A DNA stretch of 64,000 bases from Verrucomicrobiia bacterium (GTDB lineage: Bacteria; Verrucomicrobiota; Verrucomicrobiia; Limisphaerales; UBA1319). Below are positions 37,063-47,608 of the stretch, piece after piece. Made by a program: the position numbers and the translations under genes. Under the pieces are notes generated by a model. That model saw only the letters and a list, made by a program, of their open reading frames with translations. It had not been told where the DNA came from and did no database searches. Position 1 is the first letter of the stretch. Every line of letters starts with the position of its first letter. The stretch lies in NCBI GenBank assembly GCA_963664225.1, contig OY760937.1:2880001-2944000 (forward strand), given 5' to 3'.

Positions 37063-39663
37063 TCAAAACCAACCCTTGATCCTTTCCCAGATCGAGGGAT
37101 TGGCGGGCAGACTCAGTGTCATAACCTGGCTCGTTACGGATCCCGCAGTATTGGTCACCACGGCGGTATAGGCCCCCGCGTTCTCACTGGTCAGGCGCGG
37201 AATTTCCAGAACCGTGTTCGTTTCGCCCGGCAGCGGCGATCCTTTGAAGAACCAGAAATAGCGCAACGGCGGAGTGCCGTTGGCCGATACCCTCAAAGTG
37301 ATCTTGCCGCCAATGGCGCCGGTTTGTGTCAGGGGCGAATTGGCGATCATCGGGGGCGACAGCACGGTCAAGGTCACAGGGGCGCTGGTAATGGCACCAG
37401 CCACATTGCGAACGATGACGGCGTAACTTCCGGCCATGTCGCGGGTGACATTGGTGCAGACCAATTCAGCCGCATTGGCCCCTGGAAGATTGGTGCCGGA
37501 CCGCAGCCATTGATAATAAAGGGGGCCCGCGCTTTGGGCCGTCACATTGAAGGTCACCCGGCCTCCGGCAATTCCGGACTGGCTGCGCGGCTGGGCCGTG
37601 ACATAAGGAGGCAAATCAACGGTGAGAGATGCGGGCGTGCTGGCAACCATACCGGCCTGGTTGGCGACCACGACCGAGTAATTACCGGCATGCGAGGGCT
37701 GGATATTGTTTACGACCAGGTTTGTGGCGGTGGCGCCCGCCAGGTTGGTGCCATTGAACCGCCACTGGTAAGTCACAGGCACGGAACTGGTGGCCATTAC
37801 AGAAAAGCTGGCATTTGCGCCCACCGCGCCCACAAACGCCTCGGGTTGCTTTGTGATTTGAGGCGGTAACACGACAATCAACCGCGCCACCGCGCTGGTG
37901 ATCGAGCCTGCGGCGTTGGCCACAACGACGGAATAATCTCCAGCGCTGTTGTCCAGGGCGGCGGGCACCATGAGGTTCGGTGAAACCGCCCCAGGCAGGT
38001 TGGTGCCGTTAAATAGCCAGCGATAGGTCAGCGGCCCCAGGCTGTTCGCACTGACGCGAAAAGTGACTGCAGCGCCGCTGACGGCCGTTTGCGCCTCAGG
38101 GGCCTGGACGATTTCCGGGGGAACGATGACCGTCAAATTAGCCGGAGCGCTGGTCACGGTCTCCACCCCGTTGCTGACCACCAGGGTATATTCCCCGGCA
38201 TTCTGCGAAGTGACATTGGTCAAGGTCAGGTTGGTTGATCCAGAGGTTGGAAGGTTCGTGCCGTTCAGCCGCCACTGGTAATGCAGCGGACCCGCTCCGC
38301 TGGCGGCCGCGGAGAAGCTGGCGGTTTTGCCCACCACCACCACTTGATTATCCGGTTCGCGTGTAATCAATAACTGCACTTTGCCCCGATGCCGGGCGTC
38401 TCCGCGGAACATCGGCCAGGAGCTGGCTGAGGGACCGCTTGCGCCCTTGAATGCGTAGAGTTTGGAGTCTTCCGAGCCAACATAGATGGTGCCATCCGAT
38501 CCGATCACAGGCGAGGAGCGGACCAGGCTGGCCGTTGCATAAGCCCATTTTTTGTCTCCGTCCGGTCCCACGGCGTAAAGTTTGTTCTCGTCCGAGCCGC
38601 AATAAATGGTCCCGTCCGCAGCCACCGCAGGAGAGGATTGGACGAGATTGCCCGTAATCAGGCTCCACTTTTGTTCGCCTTTGGGAGTAATGGCATAAAG
38701 CCGGTTATCCCAGGAACCGACATAAATCGTTCCGTTCGCGCCAATGGCCGGTGAGGAGTAAATATGGCTGTCGGTTTCAAACTCCCATTTCTTGACCCCG
38801 TCCGGACTGAGCGCGTAGAGCCGGTTATCCACCGAGCCAATATAGATCGTCCCGTCTGGCGCGATGGCTGCGGAGGAATACACATAATGACCTGTCGTGA
38901 ATTTCCAATTCTGATTGCCGTCACTGTTCAGGGAATAAACGCTGCGATCCCAGGAACCGAAAATAATGGAGCCGTCCGCCGCAATTACAGGAGAGGACCG
39001 AATCACTCCGCTGGTGGCAAACGCCCATTTCTGCGTTCCGGTCAGGCTGATGGCGTGGAGGTTAAAGTCGTCCGAACCGACATAGATCGCGCGCGTGCCG
39101 TCCACCGCTGGCGACGAGTAGATGCGTCCACCTGTGGAGTAGGCCCATAGGAGCGCACCGGTCGGTTTGAGGGCATAAAGCTTCTTATCGAAACACCCGA
39201 AATAAATCGTTCCGTCCAGACCCACGGCCGGGGAGGAAAAAATCGGGCCTCCTGCCACGAAATGCCACTTGGCCGTGCCATCGGGATTGACCGCCTGAAG
39301 TGTATTGCCGGAACCGGCGTAGATGGTGCCGTCAGCCGCCAGCGCGGGCGAAGCGTTCAGGCGTCCCGTCGCGGTATAATCCCAGAGTTTGGTCCCGGCC
39401 ATCTGGCCGCGCGCGCCGAGCGCGGCCATGCAGAATACGAGCGCGGCCACAATGCTGGATCCCGTGCGGTTCCTCAACAGGCGCATGGCTGCCGCGCTGG
39501 CTATTCCAAGGCCCGTCTTCAAATGTGCAAAGCTCAATTCCATGGCGAATAACTTCATACTGCGCATCGTCGTGTTGGAATTCAACCTCGAAAACCTTTT
39601 CTGTGGCGTTTGGAACGCTCGGGAGCCTTTGGCGAGCGTCGGACCGGACCGGCAATGCGCCAA
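37063..39663 (-). CDS. Secreted PQQ-like beta-propeller repeat plus five Ig-like domains
   Basis: Eight SSPA..DGTIY.GS.D..LYA repeats, WPMFRGDARH, and YQWR.NG...AG.Y.VVV.N Ig repeats. Start uncertain (39663 or a downstream ATG such as 39543). Confidence 0.9.
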   Translation of the reverse strand: MAHCRSGPTLAKGSRAFQTPQKRFSRLNSNTTMRSMKLFAMELSFAHLKTGLGIASAAAMRLLRNRTGSSIVAALVFCMAALGARGQMAGTKLWDYTATGRLNASPALAADGTIYAGSGNTLQAVNPDGTAKWHFVAGGPIFSSPAVGLDGTIYFGCFDKKLYALKPTGALLWAYSTGGRIYSSPAVDGTRAIYVGSDDFNLHAISLTGTQKWAFATSGVIRSSPVIAADGSIIFGSWDRSVYSLNSDGNQNWKFTTGHYVYSSAAIAPDGTIYIGSVDNRLYALSPDGVKKWEFETDSHIYSSPAIGANGTIYVGSWDNRLYAITPKGEQKWSLITGNLVQSSPAVAADGTIYCGSDENKLYAVGPDGDKKWAYATASLVRSSPVIGSDGTIYVGSEDSKLYAFKGASGPSASSWPMFRGDARHRGKVQLLITREPDNQVVVVGKTASFSAAASGAGPLHYQWRLNGTNLPTSGSTNLTLTNVTSQNAGEYTLVVSNGVETVTSAPANLTVIVPPEIVQAPEAQTAVSGAAVTFRVSANSLGPLTYRWLFNGTNLPGAVSPNLMVPAALDNSAGDYSVVVANAAGSITSAVARLIVVLPPQITKQPEAFVGAVGANASFSVMATSSVPVTYQWRFNGTNLAGATATNLVVNNIQPSHAGNYSVVVANQAGMVASTPASLTVDLPPYVTAQPRSQSGIAGGRVTFNVTAQSAGPLYYQWLRSGTNLPGANAAELVCTNVTRDMAGSYAVIVRNVAGAITSAPVTLTVLSPPMIANSPLTQTGAIGGKITLRVSANGTPPLRYFWFFKGSPLPGETNTVLEIPRLTSENAGAYTAVVTNTAGSVTSQVMTLSLPANPSIWERIKGWF

Positions 39664-39756
39664 ATGTGCGTTATCGGTATTCAGCCATCAAAGGCTTGCC
39701 TTCGGAAGGCGATTCATGCTAACCCATCGATAATCCATTCATGGTTACTGGCCTGA

Positions 39757-42408
39757 ATGGTGTCGATTAATGTTCTAAAACCTGGTTTCAAAGGCTCTTT
39801 TATGGATAAGCGGACGCAGTCTTCCTTTTTGTTTGTCTGGCAATGGATTGTTCCAGCGCTGGCGTTGCTCTTTGGGTCCTCTGTTTTGGGCGCAACCACT
39901 TTCAGCGTCACGCCTTCCTCCCTTGCGGACAACGCTTTGGGTCCGATCACCCTCCAGATCGGAGGTTTGCAAACGGGCGAGACCGTTCATGTCGGCAAAT
40001 TTTCCGATGCCAATGGCAATGGTGTCGTAGACCCCGGGGAATTGATGATCCAGGCTTTTCAGTTGATCGACGGCCAGCTCACGGTCATTGGCGGCGTCAC
40101 CAACGTGAATATCCCTGGTGACCTGGATGCAACCTCCGGAAGCATTAAAGCCCAGTTGAATCTAAAAACAAGCGGCATGGAGCAGCAGCTTGTCGGTAAA
40201 TATATTTTCATGCTCGTCAGTCCCACCGGACGATTTGCCCCCATCACCGTCCCGTTTCAGATTAGTAACGCCGTTCGCGGCCAATCCATCAGCGGCAATG
40301 TTCAGAGCGGTGGCTCTGCGGTCCCCAACGCAATGGTCCTCCTGTTTATGCCAGCCGCCAACGGCGAAGGGATGAACCCCCAGGGCGGCATCGTTGCGGA
40401 CAACGTGGGACACTTCAGCATTCAGGCTGCGCCCGGGAATTACATGGTTGTGGCGTTTCGGAGTAATTACGTGGCGGATATGTCAAGCGGCCCTAACGTC
40501 AACCTGGTTGCCGGCGGCTCGTCCACCGCTAACATCACGCTGATTCCGGCCACTCGCAGCGTCTCGGGTCGGGTGACGGCGGCATTCTCTGACAGCGGAT
40601 TGCCGGGCGTGATGGTTCCTGTTGAATCGGAAAACGGTGGCATCGCGATCGGATTTACCGATACCGACGGCGCGTTCAAGGTTCCGGTCATCTCCGGCCT
40701 GTGGAAGCTGTCGCCAGACAGTGCGAATCTCGGTCTCTTGGGTTTTGTCTCCTTAAGCAGTTCGTTGCGCACGGATGCCACCAGCGGCAATGTGTCCGGG
40801 CTGAACATCGGCGTGCCCCATGCTGAAAGTTTGTTCTATGGCCATGTGCGGGACCCGTTTAATCAGCCGATGAGCGGCGTGAGCCTCTACGCCGAGGATA
40901 GCTCGGGAAATTATGAGGGCAGCGCCGTCACAGATGAAAACGGACGCTATGTCCTGGGTGTCTCGTCTGGGTCCTGGCGTGTAAGCGCCGATAACAAGAA
41001 TTCTGCCTACTCCAACTATATCTTTTCCCAGATGTCCAACACCATCCAGGTCGGCAACGGGCAGTCTTATCAGCAACACTTCACGGGTATCGCTGCAAAT
41101 TTTCACATCGCTGGAACTGTGAAGGACAACGGCGGCGCGAGCGTGTCGGGTGTGGGTGTTTACCTCTACGGCACGGCCAATGGCGCCCCCTTCCAAAACT
41201 ATACCAGGACGGATGACTCCGGTCATTATTCCCTGGCTGTAGCGCCTGGCTCATGGCAGGTCAGCGTTAATTGCGAAGGAAATGATGGTTTGTCTTCGCG
41301 CGGCTATTCGTGCGTTGGCAGCCAGGCCGTTGTCATTTCCAATGCCGATGGCTCGGTCAACTTCGTGGTCTCTACCTGTCCCAATCTCGCCGTGCGCACC
41401 AGTTCTCTGCCCGACGCGCAGAACGGTTCCAATTATTATGCGCAACTTGAAGCCGACGGTTGCCAGTTGCCCTTTCACTGGTCCCTCGCTCCTGGTTCCG
41501 CGAGCCTGCCCCCAGGCTTGTACCTGAATGATGATGGAACCATGGGCGGACAATGCCAGAACTCCGGTAATTTCAACTTCACCGTTCGGGTTACGGACTC
41601 GTCGCAGAACACCGCGGATCGGCAGTTGTCGATCCAGGTCGCGGGCTCCGCTCTTCAAATCAACACTTACGGTTTGCCCACTGCCACCATTGGCTCGAAC
41701 TACTCGGCGCAAATGACCGCCACTGGCGGCCAGCCTCCTTATGTCTGGTCCATACCCCCGGCCTCGGCCAGCCCTCCGTCAGGCATCACGCTCTCCCCGG
41801 ACGGCCTCTTCTCTGGCATGACCACCAATGCCGGCACGACCTATTTTTATGTGCGTGTCACAGATGCCACGTCGAACTTTGTAGAGACATTTTTTTCGAT
41901 TACCGTGGTTTACCCAGCTCTGGCCATTGAAACAGCCACACTGCCGAATGCAACGGTTGGTCTTCCCTACGAAAGTCAGCTTGTCGGCGTTGGAGGCCTG
42001 GCCCCCTACTATTGGTCCCTGGCCCTGGGTTCGGCCAACCTGCCTCCGGGCTTGAATCTTGGAACCAACGGAGTCATTTCCGGCACACCCACATCGAGCG
42101 GCAGTTTTGGTTTCATCGTCAACCTCAGGGATGCGAATTATGCCAGCGCGAGTCGCACGATCGGCCTCCAGATCCAGGCGGCCCAGGTCCGCCCCTCACT
42201 CAGCGCGCCCGGCAAATCTGCGACCGCCCCGAAGTTCCAATTCACGGTCAATGGAATCCAGGACCAGTTGTACACCATCGAAACCACCTCGGATTTTAAA
42301 CAATGGACTCCTGTGATGTCCACCAACGCGCCCGCCGGCAGCTTTCTCATCCAGATGGACCGCTCGACCAATCGCGCGACGTTCTATCGCATTAAAGCGG
42401 GCGAGTGA
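39757..42408 (+). CDS. Secreted protein with carboxypeptidase-regulatory-like domains and three putative Ig (He_PIG) repeats
   Basis: ISG.V...TD.NG.Y repeats; LP.A..G..Y...L...GG..PY.WS...LPPGL.L...G..SG.P repeats. Start 39757 or 39802. Confidence 0.85.
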   Translation: MVSINVLKPGFKGSFMDKRTQSSFLFVWQWIVPALALLFGSSVLGATTFSVTPSSLADNALGPITLQIGGLQTGETVHVGKFSDANGNGVVDPGELMIQAFQLIDGQLTVIGGVTNVNIPGDLDATSGSIKAQLNLKTSGMEQQLVGKYIFMLVSPTGRFAPITVPFQISNAVRGQSISGNVQSGGSAVPNAMVLLFMPAANGEGMNPQGGIVADNVGHFSIQAAPGNYMVVAFRSNYVADMSSGPNVNLVAGGSSTANITLIPATRSVSGRVTAAFSDSGLPGVMVPVESENGGIAIGFTDTDGAFKVPVISGLWKLSPDSANLGLLGFVSLSSSLRTDATSGNVSGLNIGVPHAESLFYGHVRDPFNQPMSGVSLYAEDSSGNYEGSAVTDENGRYVLGVSSGSWRVSADNKNSAYSNYIFSQMSNTIQVGNGQSYQQHFTGIAANFHIAGTVKDNGGASVSGVGVYLYGTANGAPFQNYTRTDDSGHYSLAVAPGSWQVSVNCEGNDGLSSRGYSCVGSQAVVISNADGSVNFVVSTCPNLAVRTSSLPDAQNGSNYYAQLEADGCQLPFHWSLAPGSASLPPGLYLNDDGTMGGQCQNSGNFNFTVRVTDSSQNTADRQLSIQVAGSALQINTYGLPTATIGSNYSAQMTATGGQPPYVWSIPPASASPPSGITLSPDGLFSGMTTNAGTTYFYVRVTDATSNFVETFFSITVVYPALAIETATLPNATVGLPYESQLVGVGGLAPYYWSLALGSANLPPGLNLGTNGVISGTPTSSGSFGFIVNLRDANYASASRTIGLQIQAAQVRPSLSAPGKSATAPKFQFTVNGIQDQLYTIETTSDFKQWTPVMSTNAPAGSFLIQMDRSTNRATFYRIKAGE

Positions 42409-42448
42409 GTCGGAGTATACCACCGCGCGGAACCAGGCGGCGTTGTAA

Positions 42449-43441
42449 TTAAAAAACAGCGCCGCTGGGCTGCGCCAGAAGGATTGGGGAGCGCTCGAAA
42501 AAGTGGTTTGCGCTCTCCAGCGCCTCTTCCAGGTTGGCGGCCTTGGATATGTCCACATTGAAGTGGTGACCGAATGGGAAATTAGCCGCGTAATACCTTG
42601 TGAACATCTGGAGACGCCGCAGGGCGATGAGCGGCGGGAAATCCTCGCTGATGTATCGATGCATTTTGCGCCAGATTTCTCCGGGGTCCACAGCCTCGGC
42701 GCGGTCCCATGAGGAAAAAATCCAGGGCCGGGCCACAGCCATCCGTCCGATCATGATCGCCGCTGCGGGCTTCAGCATCTGCGCCTGATCGTGAACGCTT
42801 TTAGGCCCCGAGAAATCCCCGCACGCAATGATGGGCAGCCGGGTCAGCGATGCTGCCCAGGCCAGCAATTCGTGGCGCGCGCGGCGCTTGAACTTTTCCT
42901 CGAAAAACCGGGGATGCAGGGTAAGGGCGTCCACGCCGGAATCCTCCAGAAACTTCACCCTTTCCTCAAAACGCGATTCCCAGTCCACGCGCTGGCTGCC
43001 CAGGCGGATTTTGGCCGTAAGCAGACCGGGCCAATGACGCCGGGCCTCCGGTACTGTAGAGCGAAGCGCCTCGAAATTCTCGAATAACGCGCTGCCCGCC
43101 TCGCACTGGCGGATCGTCCAGGCATTGCAGGCCAGATTCAGATCGACCATTTCAACTCCATTATCCGCCATCCGCCCAAAGATGCGCTCCATCGGATCCC
43201 CTCTGCGCACCATGAGCTGAAAAATCAACGCCCCCTCGCCGGGACGCTGCCGCAGCCAGGGTGAAGCGAAGAAATCCTCGCTGAGAATCTGGCGCGCCGC
43301 CAGCATCTCCGTCCAGACAAGGCCACAGCCTCCCAATTCCGCCAAAAGACGGCGAAAGGCGCTGTGCGTGTAGCCCGCCAGTGGCGCGCAAAACCGGGCC
43401 GGGGCAAAACGACGTCCCCGCAGGATGCACTCATCGAACAT
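42449..43441 (-). CDS. tRNA-dihydrouridine synthase family protein
   Basis: APLAGYTHSAFR, TEM, VDLNLAC, GSAL, TAKIRLG, LTLHPR, IMIGR. Confidence 0.9.
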   Translation of the reverse strand: MFDECILRGRRFAPARFCAPLAGYTHSAFRRLLAELGGCGLVWTEMLAARQILSEDFFASPWLRQRPGEGALIFQLMVRRGDPMERIFGRMADNGVEMVDLNLACNAWTIRQCEAGSALFENFEALRSTVPEARRHWPGLLTAKIRLGSQRVDWESRFEERVKFLEDSGVDALTLHPRFFEEKFKRRARHELLAWAASLTRLPIIACGDFSGPKSVHDQAQMLKPAAAIMIGRMAVARPWIFSSWDRAEAVDPGEIWRKMHRYISEDFPPLIALRRLQMFTRYYAANFPFGHHFNVDISKAANLEEALESANHFFERSPILLAQPSGAVF

Positions 43442-43539
43442 GAGCGATCAATGTAACGCCAGAAGACGTCCTTCGTAAAACACGAAGATGGATGGTTTTT
43501 AAACACGGGTGCAGGACAAGGACGCCGGTCTCGAATCAT

Positions 43540-43851
43540 TCACGCTTCCGAGGTTTCCTTCACTTCAGGGGTGCAGTGCCAGCACGCGGAAAACTGGCCA
43601 CCGATCGTTTCTCCGCATTTGGGACAGACCCAACTATCCTTCATCTCCCCCTGCGGGTGCTCCATGTTATCCACCAACTCCATCGCCCTGGAATAATCCG
43701 CGTCGTCCATCACCCATAGTTCCGGGAAGCAATCCGTGATGGGCGCCAGTCCCGCCGCCGTCTTGATGGTGCAGGAGATGCCTTCCTTTTCCAGCAGATT
43801 GCGCACCATTTCAACTTCCGGAGTTTCGTTCGAGCCAAATACCTTTTTCAT
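43540..43851 (-). CDS. DUF2007-like small protein with C-terminal Cys4 zinc ribbon
   Basis: MVRNLLEKEGI...PELWV..D..RA; WVCPKCGE...FSACWHC. Confidence 0.82.
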   Translation of the reverse strand: MKKVFGSNETPEVEMVRNLLEKEGISCTIKTAAGLAPITDCFPELWVMDDADYSRAMELVDNMEHPQGEMKDSWVCPKCGETIGGQFSACWHCTPEVKETSEA

Positions 43852-44112
43852 AAAATTTCGGTTTGATGGGCGTGTGCGGCTCCTGACGTCTGTCTCTCCA
43901 CCTCCCGGTGAAGCGGTCATCCGGCCAGGCCCCGTTGTGCGCGTGTTAACTCCTTGAGCATACACCCTTTTCAGTTAAAAAGCCATCTTCCTGTCTCGAG
44001 AAAACCACCGGACCGCGTCTTGTAACCAACTTAGGGAATCAGGGACACAACGAAAAACGACAACGATAGGAGGCGCGTCGGGACAGGATGAAGCCTTCCG
44101 GCGGCCTCAACT

Positions 44113-44450
44113 TCACGCTCCCGTCGGTTGCGTCAGTTCATAGACATGTGCGGGCTGAAATACATGGAGTCGGCGCAGAATTTCAGGCGCAAAAGGAAGG
44201 ATATGCGTCAGGCGATTCGACTTGGCGCGCAGGACGACAATGGCAAATGGAAACCTCCCGGTCTTATGCTGCCGGGGGAGGTTTTTATCCACCGTCAGGA
44301 ACACGTCATATTCCCAGAATCCGTGATGAGTTGGAGCAATTTACCGTTCTTTATGCCCGCCCAACCGGCCTGGGGAACAGTCATGACGACATGTCCGGGA
44401 AACTCCCCAGCCAGGTCCTTCGGGAGACATTCGTCGAGGAGCAGTCTCAT
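44113..44450 (-). pseudogene. DUF5615 PIN-like (VapC45-type) toxin, frameshifted
   Basis: ATG 44450 gives MRLLLDECLP..GH.V.TV..AGWAGIKNGKLL and stops at 44295. The conserved YDVFLTVDKNL..Q...AIVVL continues in another frame to 44113. One base added at 44311-44315 restores 112 aa. Confidence 0.85.
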
Positions 44451-44675
44451 TCAGCCGGGTTGGGCCGCTTTTTCAATCATTGCGTCAGCCGATTGCTCCA
44501 GCAGGACGATGGCCTGTTTGCGGGAAACGGTCGGATACTGTTTTAGAAATTCATCCAGCGAATCACCGGCTTCGATGTAATCCAGCATCACCCGCACCGG
44601 CACCCGTGTCCCGGTAAAACACGGCGCGCCGCTCATGATGTCCGGATCAATTGTCACGACCGATGTCTTCTTCAC
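44451..44675 (-). CDS. DUF433 antitoxin (VapB45-like)
   Basis: IDPDIMSGAPCFTGTRVPV..MLDYI.AG.S.DEFL..YPTV; abuts the toxin start. Confidence 0.92.
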   Translation of the reverse strand: MKKTSVVTIDPDIMSGAPCFTGTRVPVRVMLDYIEAGDSLDEFLKQYPTVSRKQAIVLLEQSADAMIEKAAQPG

Positions 44676-44828
44676 AACCGTAATTAACCCCAGCTTCGTC
44701 CTAATGACAACACCGCAATAGCACCCGGGCTTTTCCTCAAGTCGGCGCCTCGGGATGCACTGCCTCAAATTCCCGCGCCCGGGGGTCACTTGACCAACCG
44801 GGAAGTCAAAATTATACTGCCAGCAAAA

Positions 44829-46079
44829 ATGGAAGAGCTTGCTGAAACACCTGCTGAGGTTGCCCCATCGGACTCAGCCCGTCTGAATGATCTTAAGAAG
44901 TTCACATCCGCTGGTCGTGGTTATTGGTCCCAGGTATCCGATGCGGATTGGAACGATTGGCACTGGCAGTTAAAGAACCGCGTCACCAATTTGGAACAAT
45001 TGGAGCGTCTATTGCCCACGCTCACGCCGGAGGAACGCGCGGGCGCCCTGCTGGCCAACCACAAACTGGCAATGGCCATCACGCCTTATTTCTTTAACCT
45101 GATCGACGCCTCGGACCCCCTGTGTCCCATCCGCCGCCAGGTGATTCCGCGCATCGAGGAAACCCACACCGCATCGTGGGAAATGATGGACCCCTGTGGC
45201 GAGGACTCGCATTCGCCCGTGCCCGGACTCGTGCATCGGTACCCGGACCGCGTGTTGTTTCTCGTGACGGACCGCTGCGCCTCCTATTGCCGGTATTGCA
45301 CCCGCTCGCGCCTGGTTAGCAACGCCGCAGGTTATGATTTTCATCCCGAATTCGAAAAACAGATTGCCTATATTCGGGAACATCCGGAAGTGCGCGACGT
45401 TCTTTTGAGCGGAGGCGATCCGCTTTTGTTCAGCGACGAAAAACTCGAGTATTTGCTCCGGCGCCTGCGCGAGATCAAGCATGTGGAATTCCTGCGCATT
45501 GGAACGAGGATTCCGATTTTTCTGCCGCAGCGGATCACCCCGGCATTGTGCGACATGCTCCGGAAGTTTCATCCCCTGTTCATGAGCGTGCATGTGAATC
45601 ATCCGCGCGAATTAACCACGGAAGTCCGCGAAGCGTTGGGCCGGCTGGCCGATGCGGGCATCCCGCTGGGCAACCAGTCCGTACTCCTGCGCCACGTCAA
45701 CGATGATGTGACGGTGATGCGCGCGCTGACGCAGAAGCTCTTGATCTGCCGCGTCAAACCTTACTACCTCTATCAATGCGACCTGATCGCCGGATCTTCC
45801 CATTTGCGGGCGTCGGTGCGCAGCGGTGTGCAAATCATGCGCGGCCTGCGTGGTCACACCACCGGTTACGCCGCGCCCCAATATGTGATCGACGCGCCGG
45901 GAGGCGGAGGCAAAGTGCCGATCAATCCCGAATACGTTCTGAGTTTTAATGCGGATCGCGTGGTCATCCGCAACTACGAGGGCCGCGTGTTCGAATATCC
46001 GGAAGTGTCCGATGGCGCGCCCAAAACCCCGTCGCGCAAGGTGCCCTGCCTGGCCAAATCGCCCTATTACAAGATGTAA
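44829..46079 (+). CDS. kamA: KamA-family radical SAM protein (lysine 2,3-aminomutase-like)
   Basis: WNDWHWQ, HRYPDRVL, CASYCRYCTR, LLSGGDP, NQSVLL, PYYLYQCD, DAPGGGGK. Promoter TTGACC(44790)-17 nt-TATACT(44813). Confidence 0.92.
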   Translation: MEELAETPAEVAPSDSARLNDLKKFTSAGRGYWSQVSDADWNDWHWQLKNRVTNLEQLERLLPTLTPEERAGALLANHKLAMAITPYFFNLIDASDPLCPIRRQVIPRIEETHTASWEMMDPCGEDSHSPVPGLVHRYPDRVLFLVTDRCASYCRYCTRSRLVSNAAGYDFHPEFEKQIAYIREHPEVRDVLLSGGDPLLFSDEKLEYLLRRLREIKHVEFLRIGTRIPIFLPQRITPALCDMLRKFHPLFMSVHVNHPRELTTEVREALGRLADAGIPLGNQSVLLRHVNDDVTVMRALTQKLLICRVKPYYLYQCDLIAGSSHLRASVRSGVQIMRGLRGHTTGYAAPQYVIDAPGGGGKVPINPEYVLSFNADRVVIRNYEGRVFEYPEVSDGAPKTPSRKVPCLAKSPYYKM

Positions 46080-46083
46080 TATC

Positions 46084-46734
46084 ATGAGCGAAAGCACCGC
46101 CGCCAAAAGCGCCCGCGCCGCGAAAATATGCCAGGCCCTGGCGAAGACGTACCCGGATGCGCATTGCGAATTGAGTTTTCGCAACCCTCTGGAATTGCTC
46201 GTGGCCACGATCTTGTCCGCCCGTTGCACCGACAAGCAGGTCAATATTGTGACGAAGGCGTTATTCGAAAGATACCGCAGCGCGGCGGATTTTGCGGAGG
46301 CCCCGGCCAGCCAGTTGGAGGCGGATATCAAATCTCTCGGATTTTTCCGCAACAAAGCCAAAAACATTCAGTCCTGCTGCCGCGCGCTCATCGAGAAGCA
46401 TGGGGGAAAAGTCCCGCGCACGATGGAAGCGTTGGTGGAATTAAGCGGGGTGGGTCGAAAAACGGCGAACGTCGTTCTGGGCAATGCCTTTCAAATCAAC
46501 GAGGGCGTGGTGGTGGACACCCATGTCGGACGACTGGCGCAGCGATTGCATCTGTCCTCCAAAACGGATCCTGTGGATGTGGAGAACGATTTGATGCCCC
46601 TGGTGCCGCGCGAGCAATGGACCCTCTTCAGCCACTGGCTTATCTGGCATGGCCGTCGGCGTTGCCCGTCCCGCAAACCCGATTGTCCCTCCTGCGAAAT
46701 CCGCACTCTCTGCCCCTCGGCGGACAAAGTGTAA
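46084..46734 (+). CDS. nth: Endonuclease III
   Basis: LLVATILSA.CTD, HhH LSGVGRKTANVV, VDTHV, C-X6-C-X2-C-X5-C Fe-S motif. Confidence 0.97.
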   Translation: MSESTAAKSARAAKICQALAKTYPDAHCELSFRNPLELLVATILSARCTDKQVNIVTKALFERYRSAADFAEAPASQLEADIKSLGFFRNKAKNIQSCCRALIEKHGGKVPRTMEALVELSGVGRKTANVVLGNAFQINEGVVVDTHVGRLAQRLHLSSKTDPVDVENDLMPLVPREQWTLFSHWLIWHGRRRCPSRKPDCPSCEIRTLCPSADKV

Positions 46735-46847
46735 ACTCAAACATGCGCTGAACCAACACGACACGAACTCCAATCACAGCTTCGCGATTCTGAAAAAGGA
46801 ATATCGCCTACATTGGATTAGGGCAAGTGAAATTAGCTCCAGTGAAA

Positions 46848-47608
46848 TTAGCTCCAACGCGGACGCATGTCCAAAATAGCATTTTTCGCATTAAAAACAT
46901 TCGAAATAGTGTTTGATGGCACCGAGTAGGTCATGGACCGATTTGAGCATTTTCGACATGCTTTAGAAAATGCGTATCCCAAGTGTGTTGCGCACAAGAT
47001 TCCGGCACTCATTATTGATAACCGTACTTCGCTCCCGTTTACAGAGTAAAGGTTTGCGCTAGGATAATCAAAGAGACGCAGCCTCAAGAGATTGTCTAAA
47101 GCCATGTTAAAGACCCTATTATCCAAACCTAACATGCTTTGGAGGATGCTGATTTGAACACCATGTTCGGCCCATTCTGATTCTGGCTTTTTATACCGCT
47201 CTATTTGTTCATAAAAAACGTCCAAAACTAACGCATCATTTGGGACAATTGCTTTAATATTTCAATGAATGTAGATTCAGAACCAGTCTGATTATTTGGG
47301 TTTGCTGCTGACGCTAACAACGAGGCCCATCTAGCCGACATATCATCGTTATCTTCAAGTGTTGCCGTTTCCAATAGTGGAAACAAAACTTTAATGTTGA
47401 CCCTTGGTTCACGAATCCCCTCAGCCTCCAAGACTGAAAATGTTAGCTTCAGCAATTTAAGTTGGCGTGCCCAGCGCCAAACGCGAAGCTTATCACCGAA
47501 TATCGCTCCTAATTCGTCAGCCGTAGGTCCGAGCAACCTGCTTACGAGACCTTTGGCTTCTTCGGCAATTGCTGTCGCCGCTAATGATGCTGTGACTAAT
47601 TCACTCAT
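46848..47608 (-). pseudogene. Abi-alpha (DUF4393-like) family protein, frameshifted, in an AT-rich islet
   Basis: LLGP.ADELG..FGD...PLLE.A.LED...M..RWA.LLA.A...FIEILKQLS, then a frame break. One extra G at 47242-47244 gives KQLSPNDALVLDVFY...LDNLLRLRL...THLGYAF..AC (253 aa). Confidence 0.75.

Noticed and set aside
44829..46079. KamA-like gene as an EF-P modification (epmB) or lysine fermentation cluster
   Set aside because: No efp, epmA or kamDE nearby; only a family-level call is supportable.
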